A DNA stretch of 64,000 nucleotides from Macrostomum lignano. Its lineage: Eukaryota. The stretch is taken from NCBI GenBank assembly GCA_002269645.1, contig NIVC01000312.1, positions 186,001 to 250,000 of the forward strand. Reading direction: 5' to 3'. The position numbers were made by a program, and so were the translations under genes. The notes under the pieces are model-generated. The model searched no databases, was not told the origin of the DNA, and was given only the letters and a program-made list of their open reading frames with translations. Below are positions 32,874-45,680 of the stretch, piece after piece; within the stretch, counting starts at the first letter, position 1, and the number at the start of each line of letters is the position of its first letter.

Positions 32874-33070
32874 CTTAAAGTAGTGCCCTAGGAATTTTAA
32901 TCAGCTGCGTACATTTGTAAAGCCTGCGTACAGCGCGCGATCGATAATTTCTGTTCCTGTTTTTCTCAGCCGGCCAATAGAAAAGCCGCGCATTAATTAT
33001 ACTAAGTTCTCCTCGCGCGCCCACCCCCCCATCTTTATCAGTTCTGTCTGGCCGTGCGCTCGGGGTTAAC
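32874..33070 (+). repeat. ~200-bp TTAA-bounded dispersed repeat, second copy inside the solo LTR (~18124-18328)
   Basis: cttaaagtagtgccc...ccaatagaaa(a)gccgcgcattaattatactaagttctcctcgcgcgcccacccc...ctcggggttaac in both places. Confidence 0.75.
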
Positions 33071-33073
33071 TGG

Positions 33074-33156
<83 letters not shown>
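33074..33156. repeat. (ATCT)n microsatellite in the tetraspanin intron
   Basis: Direct reading. Confidence 0.95.
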
Positions 33157-33157
<1 letters not shown>

Positions 33158-33320
33158 ATATCTCTTTCTGTCTAGTTCACAACTTTGGACCATATACCGG
33201 GTATTTCTCTACTCTACTTATCTAACTTTCTACTCTTTCCATTTATAATTTCACATAAGCAGTTTTCACACTTTCAGATGCTACTTATTATCAGGGCAGA
33301 TGTGGCTCAAACAAATTCAC

Positions 33321-33500
33321 CTTCACACCGCCGCTAGACGAATCAAAGGCTTCCCTCTTCATGAACGCGGCGGCGACCCCGATGCCAAGGATTAGACTGC
33401 CAGCCAGCCAGAAGACAAAATTAAAGAAGAACAACGCGTACTTTATGCACGGATTAACAAAATTTGTTCGACGACCGCCACTGACAATTGCACGGGGCAT
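33321..33500 (-). CDS. Tetraspanin exon encoding TM1
   Basis: CIKYALFFFNFVFWLAG; phase-0 donor AAG|gtgaat at 33320; the exon may extend in frame to an acceptor at 33597. Confidence 0.85.
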
Positions 33501-34609
33501 TGGTTGGCATTGCCGGCGCTGTCGCTTGGCGTTATTGTTGTTGCCGCCATGGCAACTAGGCTTGCCTGGCGGCGCTTGGTAACCACGACGGTTCGGCTGA
33601 AATGAAATGGGTTGATGCAGTGCGAGATTGGCTGGCCTGGCAGGTGATGCGATTGTGCTTTTGCTTTGTCAAAATTTTATAACATTGAATCCAGTCTTGA
33701 TAACAATACCAAAGATTTGCAAATTAAAAAGCTTAAAAACTAATGCTTTGAAATTTCACATCTATATTTAGCACAAGTTAATCCCCAGTGAAAAAGAAAC
33801 AAATCACTGCTCCCTGTATCTGTTGCCTATAGTCTATGGTCAAAAGTTTCAACTTGAAATCTGAGTTCCTGATGTAATGCACAAAGACTATAATTTGACA
33901 TCTATTAAGTCCCCAAGTTTGGGTATCAAGACTTCTAGATCAACATAAAGACACTATAATCAATGTCTTATAGCCGCCTACATAGGACTACAAGAATTTA
34001 TCTATTAGAAGATAGGATTTTCAAGCATAAGGACATATTTAGTCATATTAGCAAGTAATATAGTCATGACTTAATCATAGTCATATAATTTTGTCATTAG
34101 CAAGAAGTTTCTAAATTAGGAATAAGGCATGCCATTGATCAACTTCTAGTTTATGAATAGGGCCTACTTACTTCAAGTGAGTTTTCTATGCTAGTTGGTT
34201 GGTATGACATTTGAATAAAATTTTTATTTAAACAGTTATTGATGATCTCTATAATTTTTTACAATAATGGAATAGACAAGGCAAATAGGCATAGTTAAAT
34301 GATATTAGATCAAAATTGATAGGCATTTTAATTATATTGTTATTGTTATTGCCAATAGCCTATAGGCTAAAGCTAGTATCATACTAGCAATCTAGTGTGG
34401 CCCCCCTTCAGGGAAGAAAGGAGCAAAAATAGTTCATGGAAAACAATAAGAAAGCACATTTTCTTAAACACCAATTCCTTCTTCACTTTTAAAAATCACC
34501 TTATTTGTGTAAAATTTTCATGAACAAAGATGTTTTCAAAGTGAAAGAATCACTTCTTCTCTAAAAATAACAAACAGACAACAAAATATAGCTTCCCTTA
34601 AATAGAAAA

Positions 34610-35225
34610 TATTCCCAAGACAGCAAGCACCCCCCATCCAAAAGTAAACAACCGCAGATAGCAAGCATCCTCTAATGCTCATAACAAGCATCATCCCAGA
34701 TAGCAAGCATCTGTAGACAGCAAGCATCCCCCAGATAGAAGCATCCATCCAGATTGCAAGCATCCTGCAGATAGTAAGTATCCCCCAGATAGAAGCATCC
34801 ATCCAGATTGCAAGCATCCTGCAGATAGTAAGTATCCCCCAGATAGAAGCATCCATCCAGATTGCAAGCATCCTGCAGATAGTAAGTATCCCCCAGATAG
34901 AAACATCCATCTAGATTGCAAGCATCCTGCAGATAGAAAGCATCCCCCAGATAGAAGCATCCACCCAGATAGCAAGAATCTTGCAGATAGCAAGCACCCC
35001 CCCCCCCCCAGATATAATAGAAGCATCCTGCAGATAGCAAGTACCCCCAGATATTATCGAAGCATCCACCCAGATAGCAAGCATCCTGCAGATAGCAAGA
35101 ATCCCTAAATAGCAAGCATCCCTGGATAGAAAGAATCCCATACATGTAGCCAGTATACCCCCTCCTCCCAAATAGCAAGTATCCCCTCTCGAGAGCAAGC
35201 ATCCTCCAGATAGCAAGCATCCGTG
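34610..35225. repeat. Complex tandem repeat of GATAGCAAGCATCC-like units with a 54-bp higher-order unit
   Basis: agattgcaag recurs at 34751, 34805 and 34859. Confidence 0.85.
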
Positions 35226-35399
35226 AGACAGCAAGTAGCTAGTGCAAATGTTACCTCCGCTAATGCAATAATTGCTTTCTCAGGTTGTGCAACAATCCAC
35301 GTCTCAGCGAACGCAATAATCTCTTTTTTAGATGGCACAATAATCAGCTTCTCAGCTAGTGCAATAATTCTTTACTCATCAAGTCCAAAAATCGATGTC

Positions 35400-36330
35400 T
35401 AGGCTAGTGCAATAGCCCTTTCTAATACAGTGCAATAATCCTTGGCTATTCAAGTGCAATAATCCTTGGTTTATCAAGTGCAATATTCTTTATTATCAAA
35501 GTGCAATAATCCTTGGCTTATCAAGTGCAATAATTTTTGGTTTATCAAAGTGCGATAATCCTTGGCTTATCAAGTGCAATAATCCTTGGCTTATCAAGTG
35601 CAATAATTTTTGGTTTATCAAAGTACGATAATCCTTGGCTTATCAAGTGCAATAATTTTTGGTTTATCAAAGTACGATAATCCTTGGCTTATCAAGTGCA
35701 ATAATTTTTGGTTTATCAAGTGCAATATTCCTTGGCTTATAACGTGCAATAATCCTTGGTTTATCAAGCACAGTAATCCTTGGTTTATCAAGTGCAATAA
35801 TCCTTGGTTTATCAAGTGAAATAATCCTTGGTTTATCAAATGCAATAATCCATGGCTTATCAAGTGCAATAATCCTTGGTGTATCAGATGTAATAATCTT
35901 TGGCTTATCAAGTGCAATAATTCTTGGCTTGTCAAGTGCAATAATCCTAGGTTTATCAAGCGCAGTAGTCCTTGGTTTATCAAGTGCAATAATCCTTGGT
36001 TTATCAAATGCAGTAATCATTAGTTTATTAAGTGCAGTAATCCTTGGTTTATCACGTGCAACAATCCTTGGTTTATCAAGTGCAGTAATTCTTGGTTTAT
36101 CAAATGCAGTAATCCTTAGTTTATTAAGTGCAATAATCCTTGGTTTATCAGGTGCAGTAATCCTTGGTTTATCAAGTGCAATAATCCTTGGTTTATCAAG
36201 TGCAATAATCCTTGGTTTATTAAGTGCAGTAATCATTGTTTTATCAAGTGCAATAATCCTTGGTTTATCAAGTGCAATAATCCTTGGTTTATCATAGGCA
36301 GTAGTCCTTGGTTTATCTAATGCCATAATC
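35400..36330. repeat. 24-bp minisatellite (GCAATAATCCTTGGTTTATCAAGT), about 38 units
   Basis: Direct reading; degenerate units continue to ~35235. Confidence 0.9.
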
Positions 36331-36839
36331 CAGGTCTTTTTAATTAGTTTTTTAAAAAAAGCTTTCAATAAAAAATTTATGCTACTTTTATTCTTTTATA
36401 TACTACAAAGATTCGAACCCAGGTTGCTGCGTTAGCAGTCCAGTGTGTTTACATCTAGGCTAGCTCTCATTGAAATTATAAATGAATTTGTAGCACTTAT
36501 ATAATTCAACATTCACACCAAGTCAATTGAGTAAAAGTCACATGAAGCAGTTATGACACAATCAATTTTATAGGCAAGTCAGTACCAGTCTATTAAAGTT
36601 AGCAATGGTTACGCAATATAAATCAAGTTATTGTACTATGCTTCCACACTACATTTTCAATACTATGACGTAATTCAATTCAGTGTCAAAATTCAGCCAA
36701 TACACAGACGATAAATAGAAAGCCTATTGTGATAATGCAATCTATTTTAGAATCAGAATTCAACCAGTCAGTTTTTTCTCTAGCATTCTTACAATGCATT
36801 TTAAGTTGAAGGAGCTGCTTGACCTTTGCAAAAAAGCAT

Positions 36840-37400
36840 GTTTTTCAAATATTTAATCCCTTTACCATTGAGTAATTTCTTAGCCATGATGCATGTACTA
36901 TCACAGAAAAATTTCTGATTGAACAGTGCAAGTTTGAAGAAAATCGGTCAAGCCTTTTGGGAGATAATCAATTTTGTACAAACAAACAAACCATTTTTAG
37001 TATATAGACTAGCTGGGGTAGGCTGTCTGCCAGCATCCAGAATTTTTATTATACCCCCCTTAATTGGTTACGCAAGTTAAATAGAGTAATTATCTGGGCA
37101 GTGGGGCGCAGTGAGTTTTTTTATCAGTTGGCGTCAATGCAATCATTAAAATTGGCTGTGAATTCTCTTACTGCGCGCAGGCTGATAAAATTTGCATTAA
37201 AAAAGCCCATTTTAAACAGTTTTTCAAATATTTAATCCCTTTAGCAATGAGCTAGAGCTTAATAAAAATACATGTACTGTCCTGGGCACATTTGACATCT
37301 TTTGGCGAAGAAACAGTGAAAATCAGTTGAGCCTTTTGGGTGATAATTGATTTTGTACAAGCAAGTGCAATATTTTTAATTTTTAGAATACTAGACTAGA
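36840..37400 (+). mobile_element. Two diverged ~170-bp direct repeats, possible non-autonomous Helitron 3' ends
   Basis: 36840-37012 and ~37220-37400 share tttttcaaatatttaatcccttta...gccttttggg.gataat...ttttgtacaa and end in TAGACTAG. Confidence 0.35.
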
Positions 37401-38438
37401 TGCCATAGGTTTTATACAAATATACTTAAAAGTTTTAATATATAAATAAGTTGAAAACTAAGTCTACAAAGCCAAGGAATATAACAATAAAACAAATACA
37501 TTCTACCATTTTGTCAAAAACAAGGCACTATTAGAAATCTAAGGTCTAAAATCTATACAAAATAAGACTAAATAATGTGCTAGTGTATGTTTCTGTTAAA
37601 TACCTCTACTATTCTTTGTGCCTAATAAAATGCCTATTACGATTCGTACATGTAAATTAGCCGATTTATAACCATGTTAAATTCACCCACAAACTAGAAA
37701 CTAATTTTAGCATTTGTTTTACCCCACAAAATATTATCGATAAATATTTTTGTTATAAACATAGCCGTCTAAAACAGTATATATACGAGTGATTTTGCCA
37801 AATAAAAGTAACCTTTTCTTGCTCTTGAAATATTCGTGCGCTATAATATTGGTTTGTTCTATATTCTCAGATAAACTTTGAAATCTTGTTGAGTTAGTTA
37901 TTTTAAGGAAAAAGGGAGTGACAGTGCTTAGAAACTTACTAAGAGAAGGGATTGGGAAAATATTAAAAAGGGAAATTTGGTGAGTTGTGCTGTGACCCTC
38001 TAATCCCGGTGAACGCCCGACTAGGACAATCTAATAAGTTCATATACCAGTACTAGACCACTCAGGCCATACATAAGACGCTACCAGACTAATACATAAG
38101 ACGCTACCAGACTAATACATAAAACGCTACCAGAATATTCAAATGAAATTCTAAGAAACAATTAGAAACATTAAGGCAAGATTTAGTGTCAGCAGTAGAA
38201 TTAGTGAGATATTATTAAGAAGGAAGAATCAGCCCTGTTTCAACTTTGGTGTCAGTGGCTGAGATTTCTAGACAGAGGAATTTTTATAGAGAGCCAAGAG
38301 GCCTGTGACAACTTTGGTTTCAGCAGAGGGATAATTTGTAGGGACAGAAGTAACTCCTGCGACAATAACAATAGGAATAACAAATATTATCTTAACTTCT
38401 ATATCTTTGTATTGATAGGCTATAAATTTAAGACACAA

Positions 38439-39836
38439 TAAGGGGCGACTGGGACGGCCAAAGTCGGGCCCGGGAATGAGGACTCAGGCCCAGGTCGGGC
38501 CTCAGGAATTCGGGACAAGATCTTTAGGACAGCTCAATAATTGGGGAAAAATCATAATAAATCTTAATACTTTTAGCATATGTGGATTATTATTAAATAT
38601 ATAATAAATATATGAATATATTAAATTAAATTTAATATAATATATTAAATGTATAATAAATATATGATAAACATTAAATATATTATAATATATAAATATA
38701 TTAAATATATAATAATATATAAATATAATATATAATAAATATTATTATTATTTAATGCATTAGTTAAGACTTCAGAATAGATAAGACTAAGAGTTACATT
38801 AAAAGACTTAATACTCGAATATCAATATACTCAATAGTTCAAATTCAATGTCACTGTGGCACAAGTACTGTGTGTGTGCCAGTGACAGTGACACTAACAG
38901 GCAGTGAGGTAGGCAAACAGGCACTGCGGCAGTGCGGCTGGCACTGGCAGTGGCAGTAAGCAAAAAGAAGAAAAGCTAAGCATTAAGTGTAAGGCACTTG
39001 GCATTGGAAGCAGTAAGGAAGTAAGAACCAAATCAATTGATTCTTTTATTTGAATTTTTAGTTCCTTTACATAGCTTCAATGTAAAGAGCCATGTACACA
39101 GTCAATATTCAGTAAGAGAACAAGACAAGACAAAAGAACAGAACACAAGTGAAATGACAACACAACACAACACAACTCAACAGAACAGGCAAACAGACAA
39201 TGGAAATACAAGTAATTAGCTGATACCTGCCTACCTGCTCACCTACCTACTTATATATGATTACGAATACGATACTATGAGTCTATGACTATGACTATGA
39301 TACAAATACGAACACGATTACAAACTCTGATAGATAGCAAATTCTTAGAAAAATGGTTGCCTTGGCCCTTAATAGGTACTTCTTGGAATGTAAATAGGAA
39401 ATGTTATTTACAAAAGCTTAAAAAAGACAAATCAACTTTTTAAAGAATCATATTTTTGCTTTTAGGCTGCAGCCTGCAGCATGTAAAGTGGAATCAATAT
39501 TGCAAAAAAGTATTGCAAAACTATGTTTTAATTTTTTCTTCCTGGAAAAAATCTGATCTTTCTGGAAAGTGGAAACTGGCTGTGGCTGACGCTCACAGTC
39601 ACAGACAATTGCAGTTGCAGTTGCATTTTCCTGGGGCTGGAATTAAAGGTAAATTAGTGTGAATGTGTTGAAAAATAATTTTATTCTTATTTGCACGCAG
39701 TTAGTGCCTTTAGGGAAAAAAGACTTGTCCCGATTTACCGACTTTTTTAGGGTCGGGCCCGGGCCCGGGTTGGGCCACGATTTTGGTCAGGATTCTCGAC
39801 TTTTTGGGCCCGGGCCCGGGACTGGGTCGCCCCCTA
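38439..39836. mobile_element. hAT-like non-autonomous element with AT-rich interior
   Basis: TIR TA(A/G)GGGGCGAC / GTCGCCCCCTA with GGGCCCGGG subterminal motifs; 8-bp flanks match only 5 of 8. Confidence 0.5.
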
Positions 39837-41954
39837 ACTTACAATCAATAACTATAGTATAAAAATAGTATAAGTTATTAATAAAATTCTAAAGAAAAAA
39901 CAATTAAAAATAGCAAAATTGAGGTGTTCCTCAAATTGACAAATTTGGGACTTATACAAATATAACATTTAGTTTAAATGACTTTTTGACTTTTTATACT
40001 TATAGACCCCTTACAATAGAGTCTGCATGACAATTTTGGAACAAAAATCTAACTCCATAGTCTGGAAGATGGCCTTTATACCAGAAAATTCCCATATATT
40101 TTTGCCCTTGATGACAATCTTGATATACACTTGCGCATATAGAATTTTCAAGTTCAACATGGAGTGTTAACAGTTGGTGTATAAAAAATACCCAACTGTA
40201 GGCCTAATATAAATTGTGTAGTTAAATATTAACCAATGAAAGGCATTGAAAGCTTTTCATTAGGTTAGGAATTTAGGAAGAAAAGCAAAATTAAAATAAA
40301 GTTTCAGTTTTTAGCAAAAAACAACTATTTTAAAGTTTAGTAAAACTCCTATATTGCTAAATATATATATTCTCTAAAAAATTGCTGTAAAGACAACTTT
40401 GTTGGGCTTAGCATAAAAAATTGATTTTAATTAATTAATGTGGCTTAAACATTAGATTGTCTTTGGCACCAAGTCTCTGAATATTAGTCAGGTGGGTAGA
40501 CTCAGTCAGTGGTCAGTCAGCCAGGATGAAATTTAAATTAATCCCCAAAACAAATAACGCATTTTGCGCGAAAAATAAATAATAATTAAGTGCACAAAAC
40601 TTCATTCAATTTTTTGGCCCTAAGCTACGCCTATAATAGAGCTTTAGTAAATTAATATTGGCGCTAGTGTTAGCATTGCTACATTTAAATTCAACAATAA
40701 GTCCAATACAACATTAGACTTGTACTGGCATCTACATGCATGTACATTAATGCACTGAGGACTACTAAGCACTCTAGAATCGAAGGACGGGAAACCTCGT
40801 TTCTTAGAAAATTATGCGAGGCAGGTTTTTAAAAAAATGTTACTACAGAGATAGCAAGTTCAAATTCACATTGCAAACAGTGCAGTCAGCCAAGAATCGC
40901 AAAATGATCGCAAAAATCGCAAAAATCCAGTGTGCATTTCATACTGCTTCTCGTACATTTTAACAAATTCAACAAATACGCTCTCACAATTCTAAGCCTA
41001 ATTTTAATTATCGTACATTTTTACATATGAATTTTAACACATTAGAGTTTAAGACGTGAAATTATAACTATAATCAATATATTGTGACTGTCGCCTTTTT
41101 GACAGACGCCTTTTTGATCTGTCATCAAGTTTTGTGGGGCAAAACTGTTGTTAAGTTCGCCAAGAAGGGCCCACTTAAAACCGGAGAGGTCCCCGGCCGG
41201 TCGAGCGACAGCCGTTATTGTATTTGGCTTTTGCGCTTGTAGTGTCAAAAACTGCATGTCGAACTCGAGTTTAACTCGATCGATCATCTCCTCTGAACTT
41301 ATAATTTATAAATAAACAAGAGAAGCACAATATTATTAGCTATAAACAAATCAGGGCGAAACTGACTGTTAACTTTTTCGTATCGATTTTTCTCATTGGC
41401 ACGATGAGAAATTAAGTACAGTTTGCATTGGTTACTCGCCGCATTACATGTGAGTGAGATCAGTGTAATTTTGTTCTGAAAATCTGCCTGGAAAACAGAA
41501 TCAATGTACATAAGATCAGATGATCAGATTGCCGGCTTATCTTTAAATTTGCAATTAACTGTTCACGTTAACATTTTATTTGTAGTGCGTTGAGCAACGA
41601 TAAAATAGCTACAATTAATACGCTAAATATATGTATATACGTGTATGTATATACATATGTGTATACATTTGATCGGTCGGGCCGGCGGGGCTGATCTTAA
41701 TTTAGCATTGATCTTTAGCTGATTTCTACGTACATGACGTATTTGTGAACCAGTGATGTAAAAGTAAAATTTACTTGTGATTTTATTGCTAAAACGAATG
41801 TACTGAATTACATGTATAAATTGAATATAGCTCAGCAACATTGAAAACAGCGCCCTAGAGCATTTAGAGCAGCGATTCACTTCGATCAGCAGCTCACTAC
41901 AATGCAACAAAAACAACAACAAAATTTATACATGGGACTCAGTCAGTCAGCAGA

Positions 41955-42275
41955 CAACGTCACAGGGCACGTTTCAAGGCCTGGGCGCGAACGTACATGT
42001 AGATCGAGGCAGTGTCCAGGGGCGCCGGCATCATCAATAGCAGGCAATCGACTAAACGCCGAATGCGCGTCTGCATGTCCCTGCCGGTAGGATGCCTGCT
42101 GCGCAGCGTCAGCAGCAGCACCTCCTTCACTGGCTGCGGGCAGTAGGTGTACGACTCGACTCGATTGAAATGGCCGACCAACTGGAGTCATCGACGGCGC
42201 AACAGTTTGCTGGGACGGGACACGCCGATGCGGCGATAGAGTGCCGAATGTACGGCTCGCAACTTCCAACTCTAC
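41955..42275 (-). mobile_element. 3' end of an RTE-like non-LTR retrotransposon
   Basis: LYRRIGVSRPSKLLRRR*LQLVGHFNR resembles the RRLRW.GH..R C-terminal motif of LINE ORF2; followed by a (TTG)-like tail. Confidence 0.5.
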
Positions 42276-43115
42276 TATCGGATTGGCAAAGAAATTTGTA
42301 AATATCAATAGCTGTGTATTCTGTGAATTAGAATGTGAATCACTGATTGCATTGGGGCTGATTTTCACCAATTATTCTGATTCAATCATTTTAATGGACT
42401 CTGGAAACCTCGCGGATCCAGAAAACTATGGATACTCTAAGTACGCTCGTACGACAACAACGTTGAATAGCTACGTGTAGGGCATTGAGCAGAGAACCGT
42501 GTGGTGCTTAATTTCATCCAGTATAGCACTGAGCGCTGCTGTGATTGGATCGAACTGTACGATCGCACTCACTGGCTTATGAGAAGCTCGACGACAATAA
42601 ACGAAAGTACAGACTTTCAGACATGAGGACAAGCATATAGTTATATTGGCAAAAAGACATGATTGAATATGATTAACTATCGATCGGTACTGACTGTAAA
42701 AAATCATTAGTGCAAACACAGTTAAACGGCTAGAAAAGTACGAGTATAACAGACAGCGAGATTTACTTGAGAAATCGGAGAAACATTCTGCCAAAATATA
42801 TAGCAATCAGGGACTACTCAAACTAGGGACGGGAAAGTGGCCAAATCATGCAGAAAATAGTTGGAGGCTGGTTTTTTCTAGAAGCTCCTTAGAATTTATT
42901 ATTGAACGCAGAAAGCAGGTTTTTTCGCCAACTTGTACAGAATTTATCCCTCTACAAGATGCACTACTTAGTTTTTGTTGATCTTAATTATTTTCAGAGG
43001 AGCGGTGAGCTTTTTTGTACAGGACCCCCCTTTTTTCTAGGGAATTTAACACAGTAAACGCCTTATTGAAATGTCTATGGTTTCTGCACAAGCATCATCG
43101 CTATTCAGTAAGGCT

Positions 43116-43720
43116 TGTAGCCGCTTCTGCTGCGTCGTCTAAAAAATAGCCTTGAATAACTGCAGAATAAAAAATGAAACTTTCCTTGTCATTACTCTGA
43201 AAGTTGCTCTGCAATTACTCTCTGAAACCGAGCCACGCGAATTCGGGGAGGGGGGCAATGGAAAAGAGCAAAGGGAAAGCAGAAGACGGTTTTTTCACAG
43301 AGTCGCAGTCGGTGACTGTACGTACGTATTGCTAGGTATATTTTGTGGACATATAGCCATTCAAAATTTCAAAAATTGTATTATAAACGTCTACATGGTG
43401 TCGCGTGTCAGTCAGTCTCGACTCATGGCAACATTCAACAGTGGACAGCCGACGTAGCAGAGAATTGTTTGGCTTGCAAATAAACAGGATTTGCAGAATA
43501 TTATGCGATCACATGTGTCAGGTGAAGCCTCTTTGGTCTTGTAGCGCTGGACAAGGTCTTCAAAAAAGCAATTCGACAGTCGGCATGAGACAGCAGTTGC
43601 TGGAAAGTCGTGACCAGGAAAGAAGTATTCGGAAATAGTCAGAAAAAAGTTATGAACACGGGAGGCACAGTTTGGAGACTGCATTGTAAAGCTGGCGGAG
43701 CATAGGCGAGAGAATTGAAG
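43116..43720 (+). mobile_element. 5' LTR + PBS + gag relic
   Basis: TGTAG...CTACA (43116-43395) immediately followed by PBS-like TGGTGTC; decayed coding sequence after ATG at ~43422. Confidence 0.45.
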
Positions 43721-43739
43721 CAGCCACTCAGGCCGGTCT

Positions 43740-44793
43740 GCCAGCTTCCCCTGGAAACCATCTCCAGGAAATCGGAGGAATCAGAACTCCCCGCGCCTGC
43801 TTCTTGCGGTCAATTTTTTTTACTGTGAGCTTGCTCGTAGTCGCCGGTTCATGCGAAGTCTCTCGATTTCACGCATCGTGCAGGACTCTCGCCGTCTGGC
43901 TGAACCCTTCGATGAATCGGTGGTAGCAGCATGCCGAGGAACGGCTTCACCTCTTCGACCGATCGACTTTGGACTAGGGATGCTGCGAATGACCTCAAAC
44001 TTGCTGGGATCCGGTGCAATACCCTCTGCTCGCTGATCAGGTGTCCCAGGTACAGCACCCGGCGATGGCCGAACACGCTCTTCGCTTTGTGCAGTTTGAG
44101 ACCCGCATCTCGCAGCCGTTAAAAAAACACGCTCAAGCCTCAATAGATGCTCGTCAAAGGTCCTGCTGAGGACGATGATGTCGTTGATGTAAGTCAGCAC
44201 GGAGTCCCAGGACAGACCGGAAATCACCAACTCCATCAGCCGCTGGAACGTCGCTGGGGCATTGCAAATTCCAAAGCCCGTCTTGCGGAACTGCGTCAGG
44301 CCGCGGGTCGAATAGAAGGCAGTTTTAAACCGGTCCTCTTCCGCCACCTCAACCTGGTGGTAGCCCTGCCGTCAGTCGATGGTGGAGAACCAGGAGCACC
44401 CGACCAGAGCATTCATGCTTGCTGCATGTGCAGCAGCGGGTACGCTTCCTTGACCGTGCAGGCATTCAGCTGCCCCCAGTCCGTGCATTTTGCCGTTCTT
44501 GTGAAACACCAGCAGGTTGCTCGCTCATGGCGACGACGACGGCTCGATGATGCCGCTGTCCAGCATCTGTACGATCTTTTTATCCACCTGGTCTCGCACA
44601 GACAGAGGCAGACGGCACTGCATGGACTTGCCGGTGCGGCCGCGTTGATTCCGTTTCCAGTTCGAACTGATGCTGCAGCAGCTCCGCCGTGCCCAGGTCG
44701 AACTCGTGCTTGGTAAACAAGTTCTATTGCGCTCTAGCAGCTGCCGCAGCCTCGCTACATCCGGTCTGGGTAGCTCTACGTTGATGTTTCACC
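43740..44793 (-). mobile_element. Degenerate Gypsy pol (RT, start of RNase H)
   Basis: KTAFYSTRGL.QF...FGICNAPATFQRLM...YINDII (YxDD decayed)...YLGH; many frameshifts. Confidence 0.8.
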
Positions 44794-45470
44794 TAGGGGT
44801 CGCAATCCCGGGATCCCGGGATTTAGCGCTTTTCCGGGATCCCGGGATTCACAGGGTCGGGATTCAATCCCGGAACGTTAATGCTATGTTTTTATAATGT
44901 CTGATATAATAGCAAGTATTTTATCATGAAATGGCAGTTAGTTCAAATATGGAACATACATGCATACATGTCCATTCTCCGTTGCCCAATTTTTAAGGTC
45001 TTTAATTTTGTTTGAGTTGAGTCTTGTTTAAATCATTTAACGTTGAGATTTGATTTTAAAGTTTGAACTCATAGTCGTGAGTCCAGACTCCAGACTGACA
45101 AGTGACAACGTGAATGCCCAGGCGGTAGTAGGTTGTGACTTGTGTTGTGACTGTGAGTCCTTGTGACTCCTTGTGAGTGTGCCTCATGCCACGGGCCAAC
45201 GACTCCACAACCACGTCCACGAGTCATGTGCATTTGTTTTGCAATGTGCATACTGCTAGTGCTACTGCATAGTATGTAATACATGTATATACATTCATAT
45301 TGCTTTGCACAGTGTTTGCTTATTTATACTTGCAACTTGCAAATGTTCTCACGTTAGTCACGTGATAAAAAAAGTAATTCGCAGCGTTGTTTATAACATT
45401 ATAACAATGTTACGACAAGGATGGTACTGGAAAAATATCAATCCCGGGATAATCCCGGGATCCCGGGATT
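44794..45470. mobile_element. hAT MITE related to 12955-13417; right TIR lost
   Basis: TAGGGGTCGCAATCCCGGGAT start, ATCCCGGGAT clusters at both ends, ttcacc on both flanks. Confidence 0.55.
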
Positions 45471-45680
45471 CACCTGATGGGAGTCTCGTGAGCTTGGCTC
45501 GAAAAAAGTTGGCTTGCTAGAGTTTCTTTCGCCTTTAGCTAAGCTCTTCATTCATAAATACATATAAGGCTCTGTGAAGTGTACACTGCTTGCTTATCTG
45601 AGTGTAATAGTGTACGTTTAGTAATTCATTGCATGTACATCTTATCGGCAGTCAGTCAGTCAGCCTAGTTTTGCTAAATC

